From a virus (lineage: Duplodnaviria > Heunggongvirae > Uroviricota > Caudoviricetes), in IMG/VR virus record IMGVR_UViG_2700989234_000006: DNA of 22,418 bases; one strand, 5' to 3'. How positions within the stretch are numbered: the stretch's first letter is position 1; each line of letters opens with the position of its first letter. Made by a program: the position numbers and the translations under genes. This document shows positions 1-9,134 of the stretch, piece after piece. The notes beneath the pieces are model-generated. The model ran no database searches. It was not told the DNA's origin and saw nothing but the letters and a program-made list of their open reading frames with translations.

Positions 1-774
1 AATCCGCAGATGACCCTGCGTCGCCTGCCGGATGAAGATCCGCAGAATCTGGCGGACCCGGCTTACCGCCGCCGTCGCATCATCATGCAGAACATGCGAG
101 ACGAAGAGCTGGCCATTGCTCAGGTCGAAGAGATGCAGGCAGTTTCTGCTGTGCTTAAGGGCAAATACACCATGACCGGTGAAGCCTTCGATCCGGTTGA
201 GGTGGATATGGGCCGCAGTGCGGCGAACAACATCACACAGTCCGGTGGTACGGAGTGGAGCAAGCGTGACAAGTCCACGTATGACCCGACCGACGATATC
301 GAAGCCTACGCGCTGAACGCCAGCGGCGTGGTGAATATCATCGTGTTTGATCCGAAAGGCTGGGCGCTGTTCCGTTCCTTCAAAGCCGTCAAGGAGAAGC
401 TGGATACCCGTCGCGGCTCTAATTCCGAGCTGGAGACAGCGGTAAAAGACCTGGGCGAAGCGGTGTCCTATAAGGGGATGTATGGCGATACGGCGATCGT
501 CGTGTATTCCGGACAGTACGTGGAAAACGACGTCAAAAAGAACTTCCTGCCGGACAACACGATGGTGCTGGGGAACACTCAGGCACGCGGTCTGCGCACC
601 TATGGCTGCATTCAGGATGCGGACGCACAGCGCGAAGGTATTAACGCCTCTGCCCGCTACCCGAAAAACTGGGTGACCACCGGCGATCCGGCGCGTGAGT
701 TCACCATGATTCAGTCAGCACCGCTGATGCTGCTGGCTGATCCTGATGCGTTCGTGTCCGTACAACTGGCGTAA
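1..774 (+). CDS. E: Major capsid protein, C-terminal part (gene starts upstream of the window)
   Basis: Frame is open from base 1. The translation ends ...DPAREFTMIQSAPLMLLADPDAFVSVQLA and matches the remembered lambda gpE C-terminus along its length. Its position directly upstream of FI agrees. Confidence 0.9.
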   Translation, partial: NPQMTLRRLPDEDPQNLADPAYRRRRIIMQNMRDEELAIAQVEEMQAVSAVLKGKYTMTGEAFDPVEVDMGRSAANNITQSGGTEWSKRDKSTYDPTDDIEAYALNASGVVNIIVFDPKGWALFRSFKAVKEKLDTRRGSNSELETAVKDLGEAVSYKGMYGDTAIVVYSGQYVENDVKKNFLPDNTMVLGNTQARGLRTYGCIQDADAQREGINASARYPKNWVTTGDPAREFTMIQSAPLMLLADPDAFVSVQLA

Positions 775-815
775 TCATGGCCCTTCGGGGCCATTTTCTC
801 TCTGTGGAGGAGTCC

Positions 816-1211
816 ATGACGAAAGATGAACTGATTGCCCGTCTTCAGGTGCTGGGTGAGCAACTGAACCGTGATGTCAGCCTGACGGGGACGAAAGAAG
901 AACTGGTGCTCCGTGTGGCAGAGCTGGAAGAGGAGCTTGATGACACGGATGACGCTGCCGGTCAGGACACATCTGTCAGCCCGGAAAATGCGCTGACCGG
1001 ACATGAAAATGAGGTGGTATCAGCGCAGCCGGATACCGTGATTGATACGGCTGCTCTGGTCACGGTCGTGGCACTGGTGACGCTGCATACTGATGCACTT
1101 CACGCCACGCGGGATGAGCCTGTGGCATTTGTGCTGCCGGGAACGGCGTTTCGTGTCTCTGCCGGTGTGGCAGCCGAAATGACAGAACATGGCCTGGCCA
1201 GAATGCAATAA
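816..1211 (+). CDS. FI: Head DNA-packaging/assembly protein FI
   Basis: MTKDELIARLQVLGEQLNRDVSLTGTKEEL... matches remembered lambda FI. Start chosen at ATG 816, preceded by GGAGG at 806-810, rather than the upstream ORF-track start at 777. Confidence 0.85.
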   Translation: MTKDELIARLQVLGEQLNRDVSLTGTKEELVLRVAELEEELDDTDDAAGQDTSVSPENALTGHENEVVSAQPDTVIDTAALVTVVALVTLHTDALHATRDEPVAFVLPGTAFRVSAGVAAEMTEHGLARMQ

Positions 1212-1222
1212 CGGGAGGCGCT

Positions 1223-1576
1223 GTGGCTGATTCCGATAACCTGTTCGATGCTGCCATTGCCCGCGCCGATGAAACGATACGCGGGTACATGGGAACGTCA
1301 GCCACCATGACATCCGGTGAGCTGTCCGGTGCTGTGATACGTGGTGTTTTTGATGACCCTGAAAATATCAGCTATGCCGGACAGGGGGTGCGCGTTGAAG
1401 GCTCCAGCCCGTCCCTGTTTGTCCGGACTGATGATGTGCGGCAGCTGCGGCGTGGAGACACACTGACCATCGGCGAGGAAAACTTCTGGGTGGACCGGAT
1501 TTCGCCGGATGATGGCGGAAGCTGTCATCTCTGGCTTGGGCGTGGCGTGCCGCCTGCCGTTAACCGTCGCCGCTGA
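1223..1576 (+). CDS. FII: Head-tail joining protein FII
   Basis: 117 aa, same length as lambda FII and near-identical as remembered (MAD.DNLFDAAIARADETIRGYMG...). Uses a GTG start preceded by GGGAGG. Confidence 0.9.
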   Translation: MADSDNLFDAAIARADETIRGYMGTSATMTSGELSGAVIRGVFDDPENISYAGQGVRVEGSSPSLFVRTDDVRQLRRGDTLTIGEENFWVDRISPDDGGSCHLWLGRGVPPAVNRRR

Positions 1577-1587
1577 AAGGGGGATGT

Positions 1588-2166
1588 ATGGCCATAAAAG
1601 GTCTTGAGCAGGCCGTTGAAAACCTCAGCCGTATCAGCAAAACGGCGGTGCCTGGTGCCGCCGCAATGGCCATTAACCGCGTTGCGTCATCCGCGATATC
1701 GCAGTCTGCGTCACAGGTTGCCCGTGAGACAAAGGTACGCCGGAAACTGGTAAAGGAAAGGGCCAGGCTGAAAAGGGCCACGGTCAAAAATCCGCAGGCC
1801 AGAATCAGGGTTAACCGGGGGGATTTGCCCGTAATCAAGCTGGGTAACGCGCGGGTTGTCCTTTCCCGCCGCAGACGTCGTAAAAAGGGGCAGCGTTCAT
1901 CCCTGAAAGGTGGCGGCAGCGTGCTTGTGGTGGGAAACCGTCGTATTCCCGGCGCGTTTATTCAGCAACTGAAAAATGGCCGGTGGCATGTCATGCAGCG
2001 TGTGGCCGGGAAAAACCGTTACCCCATTGATGTGGTGAAAATCCCGATGGCGGTGCCGCTGACCACGGCGTTTAAACAGAATATTGAACGGATACGGCGT
2101 GAACGTCTTCCGAAAGAGCTGGGCTATGCGCTGCAGCATCAACTGAGGATGGTAATAAAGCGATGA
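1588..2166 (+). CDS. Z: Tail protein Z
   Basis: 192 aa, same length and order as lambda Z. Stop overlaps the U start (ATGA). Confidence 0.85.
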   Translation: MAIKGLEQAVENLSRISKTAVPGAAAMAINRVASSAISQSASQVARETKVRRKLVKERARLKRATVKNPQARIRVNRGDLPVIKLGNARVVLSRRRRRKKGQRSSLKGGGSVLVVGNRRIPGAFIQQLKNGRWHVMQRVAGKNRYPIDVVKIPMAVPLTTAFKQNIERIRRERLPKELGYALQHQLRMVIKR

Positions 2167-2558
2167 AACATACTGAACTCCGTGCAGCCGTACTGGATGC
2201 ACTGGAGAAGCATGACACCGGGGCGACGTTTTTTGATGGTCGCCCCGCTGTTTTTGATGAGGCGGATTTTCCGGCAGTTGCCGTTTATCTCACCGGCGCT
2301 GAATACACGGGCGAAGAGCTGGACAGCGATACCTGGCAGGCGGAGCTGCATATTGAAGTTTTCCTGCCTGCTCAGGTGCCGGATTCAGAGCTGGATGCGT
2401 GGATGGAGTCCCGGATTTATCCGGTGATGAGTGATATCCCGGCACTGTCAGATTTGATCACCAGTATGGTGGCCAGCGGCTATGACTACCGGCGCGACGA
2501 TGATGCGGGCCTGTGGAGTTCAGCCGATCTGACTTATGTCATTACCTATGAAATGTGA
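2163..2558 (+). CDS. U: Tail tube terminator protein U
   Basis: 131 aa, same length and position as lambda U. Start overlaps the Z stop. Confidence 0.85.
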   Translation: MKHTELRAAVLDALEKHDTGATFFDGRPAVFDEADFPAVAVYLTGAEYTGEELDSDTWQAELHIEVFLPAQVPDSELDAWMESRIYPVMSDIPALSDLITSMVASGYDYRRDDDAGLWSSADLTYVITYEM

Positions 2559-2565
2559 GGACGCT

Positions 2566-3306
2566 ATGCCTGTACCAAATCCTGTAATGCCGGTGAAAGG
2601 TGCCGGGACCACCCTGTGGGTTTATAAGGGAAGCGGTGACCCTTATGCGAATCCGCTTTCAGACGTTGACTGGTCGCGTCTGGCAAAAGTTAAAGACCTG
2701 ACGCCCGGCGAACTGACCGCTGAGTCCTATGACGACAGCTATCTCGATGATGAAGATGCAGACTGGACTGCGACCGGGCAGGGGCAGAAATCTGCCGGAG
2801 ATACCAGCTTCACGCTGGCGTGGATGCCCGGAGAGCAGGGGCAGCAGGCGCTGCTGGCGTGGTTTAATGAAGGGGATACCCGAGCCTATAAAATCCGCTT
2901 CCCGAACGGCACGGTCGATGTGTTCCGCGGCTGGGTCAGCAGTATCGGTAAGGCGGTGACGGCGAAGGAAGTGATCACCCGCACGGTGAAAGTCACCAAC
3001 GTGGGCCGTCCGTCGATGGCAGAAGATCGCAGCACGGTGACGGCGACAACCGGCATGACTGTGACGCCTGCCAGCACCTCGGTGGTGAAAGGGCAGAGCA
3101 CCACGCTGACCGTGGCATTCCAGCCGGAAGGCGCAACCGACAAGAGCTTCCGTGCGGTGTCTGCGGATAAAACAAAAGCCACCGTGTCGGTCAGTGGTAT
3201 GACCATCACCGTGAAAGGTGTTGCTGCAGGCAAGGTCAACATTCCGGTCGTATCCGGTAATGGTGAACTTGCTGCGGTTGCAGAAATCACCGTCACCGCC
3301 AGTTAA
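2566..3306 (+). CDS. V: Major tail tube protein V, with a C-terminal Ig-like domain
   Basis: [31 protein letters not shown]... matches remembered lambda V (246 aa). Start at ATG 2566 with GAGG at 2557-2560; the ORF-track start at 2536 lies inside the end of U. Confidence 0.9.
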   Translation: MPVPNPVMPVKGAGTTLWVYKGSGDPYANPLSDVDWSRLAKVKDLTPGELTAESYDDSYLDDEDADWTATGQGQKSAGDTSFTLAWMPGEQGQQALLAWFNEGDTRAYKIRFPNGTVDVFRGWVSSIGKAVTAKEVITRTVKVTNVGRPSMAEDRSTVTATTGMTVTPASTSVVKGQSTTLTVAFQPEGATDKSFRAVSADKTKATVSVSGMTITVKGVAAGKVNIPVVSGNGELAAVAEITVTAS

Positions 3307-3321
3307 TCCGGGGAGTCAGAG

Positions 3322-3744
3322 ATGTTCCTGAAAACCGAATCATTTGAACATAACGGTGTGACCGTCACGCTTTCTGAACTGTCAGCCCTGCAGCGTATTG
3401 AGCATCTCGCCCTGATGAAACGGCAGGCAGAACAGGCGGAGTCAGACAGCAACCGGAAGTTTACTGTGGAAGACGCCATCAGAACCGGCGCGTTTCTGGT
3501 GGCGATGTCCCTGTGGCATAACCATCCGAAGAAGACAAAGCTGCCTTCCATGAATGAAGCCGTTAAACAGATTGAGCAGGAAGTGCTTACCACCTGGCCC
3601 ACAGAGGCAATTTCTCATGCTGAAAACATGGTGTACCGGCTGTCCGGTATGTATGAGTTTGTGGTGAATGATGCTCCTGAACAGACAGAGGACGCCGGGC
3701 CTGCAGAGCCTGTTTCTGCGGGAAAGTGTTCGATGGTGAGCTGA
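3322..3744 (+). CDS. G: Tail assembly chaperone G
   Basis: 140 aa, same length as lambda G, located between V and H. Contains the GGGAAAG slippery site near its 3' end. Confidence 0.9.
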   Translation: MFLKTESFEHNGVTVTLSELSALQRIEHLALMKRQAEQAESDSNRKFTVEDAIRTGAFLVAMSLWHNHPKKTKLPSMNEAVKQIEQEVLTTWPTEAISHAENMVYRLSGMYEFVVNDAPEQTEDAGPAEPVSAGKCSMVS

Positions 3745-4160
3745 GTTTTGCCCTGAAACTGGCGCGAGAGATGGGGCGACCCGACTGGCGTGCCATGCTT
3801 GCCGGGATGTCATCCACGGAGTATGCCGACTGGCACCGCTTTTACAGTACCCATTATTTTCATGATGTTCTGCTGGATATGCACTTTTCCGGGCTGACGT
3901 ACACCGTGCTCAGCCTGTTTTTCAGCGATCCGGATATGCATCCGCTGGATTTCAGTCTGCTGAACCGGCGTGAGGCTGACGAAGAGCCTGAAGATGATGT
4001 GCTGATGCAGAAAGCGGCAGGGCTTGCCGGAGGCGTCCGCTTTGGCCCGGACGGGAATGAAGTTATCCCCGCTTCCCCGGATGTGGCGGACATGACGGAG
4101 GATGACGTAATGCTGATGACAGTATCAGAAGGGATCGCAGGAGGAGTCCGGTATGGCTGA
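3322..4160 (+). CDS. T: Tail assembly chaperone G-T fusion, made by a -1 programmed frameshift at 3720-3726
   Basis: The G frame (positions = 1 mod 3) reads G|GGA|AAG at 3720-3726. The -1 frame (3726..4160) is open to a stop overlapping the H start. This is the lambda G/GT arrangement. Confidence 0.8.
3720..3726 (+). promoter_or_regulatory. Slippery heptamer G GGA AAG for the G-T -1 ribosomal frameshift
   Basis: The heptamer fits the X XXY YYZ pattern in the G reading frame. The overlapping -1 ORF continues for about 145 codons. Confidence 0.8.
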
Positions 4161-6732
4161 ACCGGTAGGCGATCTGGTCGTTGATTTAAGTCTGGATGCG
4201 GCCAGATTTGACGAGCAGATGGCCAGAGTCAGGCGTCATTTTTCCGGTACGGAAACTGATGCGAAAAAAACAGCGGCAGTCGTTGAACAGTCGCTGAGCC
4301 GACAGGCGCTGGCTGCACAGAAAGCGGGGATTTCCGTCGGGCAGTATAAAGCCGCCATGCGTATGCTGCCTGCACAGTTCACCGACGTGGCCACGCAGCT
4401 TGCAGGCGGGCAAAGCCCGTGGCTGATCCTGCTGCAACAGGGGGGTCAGGTTAAGGACTCCTTCGGCGGGATGATCCCCATGTTCAGGGGGCTTGCCGGT
4501 GCGATCACCCTGCCGATGGTGGGGGCCACCTCGCTGGCGGTGGCGACCGGTGCGCTGGCGTATGCCTGGTATCAGGGCAACTCAACCCTGTCCGATTTCA
4601 ACAAAACGCTGGTCCTTTCCGGCAATCAGGCGGGACTGACGGCAGATCGTATGCTGGTCCTGTCCAGAGCCGGGCAGGCGGCAGGGCTGACGTTTAACCA
4701 GACCAGCGAGTCACTGACGGCGCTGGTGAATGCCGGTGTGCGTGGTGGTGAGCAGTTTGAGGCGATCAGCCAGAGTGTGGCGCGTTTCTCCTCTGCATCC
4801 GGCGTGGAGGTGGACAAGGTCGCTGAAGCCTTCGGGAAGCTGACCACAGACCCGACGTCGGGACTGACAGCGATGGCACGTCAGTTCCATAACGTGACGG
4901 CGGAGCAGATTGCGTATGTTGCTCAGTTGCAGCGTTCCGGAGATGAAGCCGGGGCATTGCAGGCGGCGAACGAGGCCGCAACGAAAGGGTTTGATGACCA
5001 GACCCGCCGCCTGAAAGAGAACATGGGCACGCTGGAGACCTGGGCAGACAGGACAGCACGGGCATTCAAATCCATGTGGGATTCGGTGCTGGATATTGGT
5101 CGCCCGGACACTGCCCAGGGAATGCTGGAGAAAGCAGAAAAGGCTTTTGATGAGGCGGACAAAAAATGGCAGTGGTATCAGAGCCGGAGCCACCGGCGCG
5201 GTAAAACCTCAGCATTTCTTGCCAATCTCCGGGGAGCATGGGAGGACAGAGCGAATGCGCAACTTGGGCTTTCAGCCGCCACGTTGCAGGCCGATCTTGA
5301 AAAGGCCAGAGAGATGGCAGCAAAGGACTGGGCCGAGTCTGAGGCATCACGGCTGAAATATACCGAAGAGGCGCAGAAGGCTTACGAACGGCTGCAGACC
5401 CCGCTGGAGAAATATACCGCCCGTCAGGAAGAACTGAACAAGGCACTGAAAGACGGGAAAATCCTGCAGGCGGATTACAACACGCTGATGGCGGCGGCGA
5501 AAAAGGATTATGAAGCGACGCTGAAAAAGCCGAAACAGTCCGGCGTGAAGGTGTCTGCGGGCGATCGTCAGGAAGACAGTGCTCATGCTGCCCTGCTGAC
5601 GCTTCAGGCTGAACTCCGGACGCTGGAGAAGCATGCCGGAGCAAATGAGAAAATCAGCCAGCAGCGCCGGGATTTGTGGAAGGCGGAGAGCCAGTTCGCG
5701 GTACTGGAGGAGGCGGCGCAACGTCGCCAGCTGTCTGCACAGGAGAAATCCCTGCTGGCGCATAAAGATGAGACGCTGGAGTACAAACGCCAGCTGGCTG
5801 CACTTGGCGACAAGGTTACGTATCAGGAGCGCCTGAACGCGCTGGCGCAGCAGGCGGATAAATTCGCACAGCAGCAACGGGCAAAACGGGCCGCCATTGA
5901 TGCGAAAAGCCGGGGGCTGACTGACCGGCAGGCAGAACGGGAAGCCACGGAACAGCGCCTGAAGGAACAGTATGGCGATAATCCGCTGGCGCTGAATAAC
6001 GTCATGTCAGAGCAGAAAAAGACCTGGGCGGCTGAAGACCAGCTTCGCGGGAGCTGGATGGCAGGCCTGAAGTCCGGCTGGAGTGAGTGGGAAGAGAGCG
6101 CCACGGACAGTATGTCGCAGGTAAAAAGTGCAGCCACGCAGACCTTTGATGGTATTGCACAGAATATGGCGGCGATGCTGACCGGCAGTGAGCAGAACTG
6201 GCGCAGCTTCACCCGTTCCGTGCTGTCCATGATGACAGAAATTCTGCTTAAGCAGGCAATGGTGGGGATTGTCGGGAGTATCGGCAGCGCCATTGGCGGG
6301 GCTGTTGGTGGCGGCGCATCCGCGTCAGGCGGTACAGCCATTCAGGCCGCTGCGGCGAAATTCCATTTTGCAACCGGAGGATTTACGGGAACCGGCGGCA
6401 AATATGAGCCAGCGGGGATTGTTCACCGTGGTGAATTTGTCTTCACGAAGGAGGCAACCAGCCGGATTGGCGTGGGGAATCTTTACCGGCTGATGCGCGG
6501 CTATGCCACCGGCGGTTATGTCGGTACACCGGGCAGCATGGCAGACAGCCGGTCGCAGGCGTCCGGGACGTTTGAGCAGAATAACCATGTGGTGATTAAC
6601 AACGACGGCACGAACGGGCAGATAGGTCCGGCTGCTCTGAAGGCGGTGTATGACATGGCCCGCAAGGGTGCCCGTGATGAAATTCAGACACAGATGCGTG
6701 ATGGTGGCCTGTTCTCCGGAGGTGGACGATGA
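4153..6732 (+). CDS. H: Tail tape measure protein H
   Basis: 859 aa (lambda H is 853 aa). N-terminus MAEPVGDLVVDLSLDAARFDEQMARV... and the C-terminal glycine-rich region match remembered lambda H. Start overlaps the T stop and stop overlaps the M start. Confidence 0.9.
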   Translation: MAEPVGDLVVDLSLDAARFDEQMARVRRHFSGTETDAKKTAAVVEQSLSRQALAAQKAGISVGQYKAAMRMLPAQFTDVATQLAGGQSPWLILLQQGGQVKDSFGGMIPMFRGLAGAITLPMVGATSLAVATGALAYAWYQGNSTLSDFNKTLVLSGNQAGLTADRMLVLSRAGQAAGLTFNQTSESLTALVNAGVRGGEQFEAISQSVARFSSASGVEVDKVAEAFGKLTTDPTSGLTAMARQFHNVTAEQIAYVAQLQRSGDEAGALQAANEAATKGFDDQTRRLKENMGTLETWADRTARAFKSMWDSVLDIGRPDTAQGMLEKAEKAFDEADKKWQWYQSRSHRRGKTSAFLANLRGAWEDRANAQLGLSAATLQADLEKAREMAAKDWAESEASRLKYTEEAQKAYERLQTPLEKYTARQEELNKALKDGKILQADYNTLMAAAKKDYEATLKKPKQSGVKVSAGDRQEDSAHAALLTLQAELRTLEKHAGANEKISQQRRDLWKAESQFAVLEEAAQRRQLSAQEKSLLAHKDETLEYKRQLAALGDKVTYQERLNALAQQADKFAQQQRAKRAAIDAKSRGLTDRQAEREATEQRLKEQYGDNPLALNNVMSEQKKTWAAEDQLRGSWMAGLKSGWSEWEESATDSMSQVKSAATQTFDGIAQNMAAMLTGSEQNWRSFTRSVLSMMTEILLKQAMVGIVGSIGSAIGGAVGGGASASGGTAIQAAAAKFHFATGGFTGTGGKYEPAGIVHRGEFVFTKEATSRIGVGNLYRLMRGYATGGYVGTPGSMADSRSQASGTFEQNNHVVINNDGTNGQIGPAALKAVYDMARKGARDEIQTQMRDGGLFSGGGR

Positions 6733-7058
6733 AGACCTTCCGCTGGAAAGTGAAACCCGGTATGGATGTGGCTTCGGTCCCTTCTGTAAGAAAGGTGCGC
6801 TTTGGTGATGGCTATTCTCAGCGAGCGCCTGCCGGGCTGAATGCCAACCTGAAAACGTACAGCGTGACGCTTTCTGTCCCCCGTGAGGAGGCCACGGTAC
6901 TGGAGTCGTTTCTGGAAGAGCACGGGGGCTGGAAATCCTTTCTGTGGACGCCGCCTTATGAGTGGCGGCAGATAAAGGTGACCTGCGCAAAATGGTCGTC
7001 GCGGGTCAGTATGTTGCGTGTTGAGTTCAGCGCAGAGTTTGAACAGGTGGTGAACTGA
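6729..7058 (+). CDS. M: Minor tail protein M
   Basis: 109 aa, same as lambda M. Coupled to H (ATGA) and to L (TGATG). Confidence 0.85.
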   Translation: MKTFRWKVKPGMDVASVPSVRKVRFGDGYSQRAPAGLNANLKTYSVTLSVPREEATVLESFLEEHGGWKSFLWTPPYEWRQIKVTCAKWSSRVSMLRVEFSAEFEQVVN

Positions 7059-7756
7059 TGCAGGATATCCGGCAGGAAACACTGAATGAATGCACCCGTG
7101 CGGAGCAGTCGGCCAGCGTGGTGCTCTGGGAAATCGATCTGACAGAGGTCGGTGGAGAACGTTATTTTTTCTGTAATGAGCAGAACGAAAAAGGTGAGCC
7201 GGTCACCTGGCAGGGGCGACAGTATCAGCCGTATCCCATTCAGGGGAGCGGTTTTGAACTGAATGGCAAAGGCACCAGTACGCGCCCCACGCTGACGGTT
7301 TCTAACCTGTACGGTATGGTCACCGGGATGGCGGAAGATATGCAGAGTCTGGTCGGCGGAACGGTGGTCCGGCGTAAGGTTTACGCCCGTTTTCTGGATG
7401 CGGTGAACTTCGTCAACGGAAACAGTTACGCCGATCCGGAGCAGGAGGTGATCAGCCGCTGGCGCATTGAGCAGTGCAGCGAACTGAGCGCGGTGAGTGC
7501 CTCCTTTGTACTGTCCACGCCGACGGAAACGGATGGCGCTGTTTTTCCGGGACGTATCATGCTGGCCAACACCTGCACCTGGACCTATCGCGGTGACGAG
7601 TGCGGTTATAGCGGTCCGGCTGTCGCGGATGAATATGACCAGCCAACGTCCGATATCACGAAGGATAAATGCAGCAAATGCCTGAGCGGTTGTAAGTTCC
7701 GCAATAACGTCGGCAACTTTGGCGGCTTCCTTTCCATTAACAAACTTTCGCAGTAA
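7058..7756 (+). CDS. L: Minor tail protein L
   Basis: 232 aa, same as lambda L. Has the cysteine cluster near the C-terminus (CSKCLSGC). Confidence 0.85.
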   Translation: MQDIRQETLNECTRAEQSASVVLWEIDLTEVGGERYFFCNEQNEKGEPVTWQGRQYQPYPIQGSGFELNGKGTSTRPTLTVSNLYGMVTGMAEDMQSLVGGTVVRRKVYARFLDAVNFVNGNSYADPEQEVISRWRIEQCSELSAVSASFVLSTPTETDGAVFPGRIMLANTCTWTYRGDECGYSGPAVADEYDQPTSDITKDKCSKCLSGCKFRNNVGNFGGFLSINKLSQ

Positions 7757-7761
7757 ATCCC

Positions 7762-8505
7762 ATGACACAGACAGAATCAGCGATTCTGGCGCACGCCCGG
7801 CGATGTGCGCCAGCGGAGTCGTGCGGCTTCGTGGTAAGCACGCCGGAGGGGGAAAGATATTTTCCCTGCGTGAATATCTCCGGTGAGCCGGAGGCGTATT
7901 TCCGTATGTCGCCGGAAGACTGGCTGCAGGCAGAAATGCAGGGTGAGATTGTGGCGCTGGTCCACAGCCACCCCGGTGGTCTGCCCTGGCTGAGTGAGGC
8001 CGACCGGCGGCTGCAGGTGCAGAGTGATTTGCCGTGGTGGCTGGTCTGCCGGGGGACGATTCATAAGTTCCGCTGTGTGCCGCATCTTTCCGGGCGGCGC
8101 TTTGAGCACGGTGTGACGGACTGTTACACACTGTTCCGGGATGCTTATCATCTGGCGGGGATTGAGATGCCGGACTTTTATCGTGAGGATGACTGGTGGC
8201 GTAACGGCCAGAATCTCTATCTGGATAATCTGGAGGCGACGGGGCTGTATCAGGTGCCGTTGTCAGCGGCACAGCCGGGCGATGTGCTGCTGTGCTGTTT
8301 TGGTTCATCAGTGCCGAATCACGCCGCAATTTACTGCGGCGACGGCGAGCTGCTGCACCATATTCCTGAACAACTGAGCAAACGAGAGAGGTACACCGAC
8401 AAATGGCAGCGACGCACACACTCCCTCTGGCGTCACCGGGCATGGCGCGCATCTGCCTTTACGGGGATTTACAACGATTTGGTCGCCGCATCGACCTTCG
8501 TGTGA
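7762..8505 (+). CDS. K: Tail tip assembly protein K (JAB/MPN plus NlpC/P60-type); an alternative lambda-style start is ATG 7906
   Basis: The C-terminal 199 aa match remembered lambda K. The long ORF adds 48 in-frame residues upstream that would complete a JAMM-like motif (E..HSHPGG..S..D). ATG 7906 has the stronger SD (GGAGG, 11 nt upstream). The 3' end overlaps I by 103 bp as in lambda. Confidence 0.7.
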   Translation: MTQTESAILAHARRCAPAESCGFVVSTPEGERYFPCVNISGEPEAYFRMSPEDWLQAEMQGEIVALVHSHPGGLPWLSEADRRLQVQSDLPWWLVCRGTIHKFRCVPHLSGRRFEHGVTDCYTLFRDAYHLAGIEMPDFYREDDWWRNGQNLYLDNLEATGLYQVPLSAAQPGDVLLCCFGSSVPNHAAIYCGDGELLHHIPEQLSKRERYTDKWQRRTHSLWRHRAWRASAFTGIYNDLVAASTFV

Positions 8506-9074
8506 AAACGGGGGCTGAAGCCATCCGGGCACTGGCCACACAGCTCCCGGCGTTTCGTCAGAAACTGAGCGACGGCTGGTATCAGGTACGGATTGCCGGG
8601 CGGGACGTCAGCACGTCCGGGTTAACGGCGCAGTTACATGAGACTCTGCCTGATGGCGCTGTGATTCATATTGTTCCCAGAGTCGCCGGGGCCAAGTCAG
8701 GTGGCGTATTCCAGATTGTCCTGGGGGCTGCCGCCATTGCCGGATCATTCTTTACCGCCGGAGCCACCCTTGCAGCATGGGGGGCAGCCATTGGGACCGG
8801 TGGTATGACCGGCATCCTGTTTTCTCTCGGTGCCAGTATGGTGCTCGGTGGTGTGGCGCAGATGCTGGCACCGAAAGCCAGAACTCCCCGTACACAGACA
8901 ACGGATAACGGTAAGCAGAACACCTATTTCTCCTCACTGGATAACATGGTTGCCCAGGGCAATGTTCTGCCTGTTCTGTACGGGGAAATGCGCGTGGGGT
9001 CTCGCGTGGTTTCTCAGGAGATCAGCACGGCAGACGAAGGGGACGGTGGTCAGGTTGTGGTGATTGGTCGCTGA
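8403..9074 (+). CDS. I: Tail tip assembly protein I
   Basis: 223 aa, same as lambda I, with a hydrophobic glycine/alanine-rich central segment. Overlaps the K 3' end. Confidence 0.85.
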   Translation: MAATHTLPLASPGMARICLYGDLQRFGRRIDLRVKTGAEAIRALATQLPAFRQKLSDGWYQVRIAGRDVSTSGLTAQLHETLPDGAVIHIVPRVAGAKSGGVFQIVLGAAAIAGSFFTAGATLAAWGAAIGTGGMTGILFSLGASMVLGGVAQMLAPKARTPRTQTTDNGKQNTYFSSLDNMVAQGNVLPVLYGEMRVGSRVVSQEISTADEGDGGQVVVIGR

Positions 9075-9093
9075 TGCAAAATGTTTTATGTGA

Positions 9094-9120
9094 AACCGCC
9101 TGCGGGCGGTTTTGTCATTT
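9094..9120 (+). terminator. Hairpin plus T-rich tract between I and J
   Basis: AACCGCC-tgcg-GGCGGTT followed by TTTGTCATTT. Confidence 0.45.
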
Positions 9121-9134
9121 ATGGAGCGTGAGGA

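Noticed and set aside
482..1004. Internal and antisense small ORFs within E and FI (482..676 +, 711..1004 -)
   Set aside because: They are nested within conserved capsid and packaging genes and lack translation signals.
6956..8452. 498-aa minus-strand ORF antisense to L, K and I
   Set aside because: Same reasoning: it is embedded in three syntenic lambda tail genes and its translation is Arg/Pro/Ala-rich nonsense.
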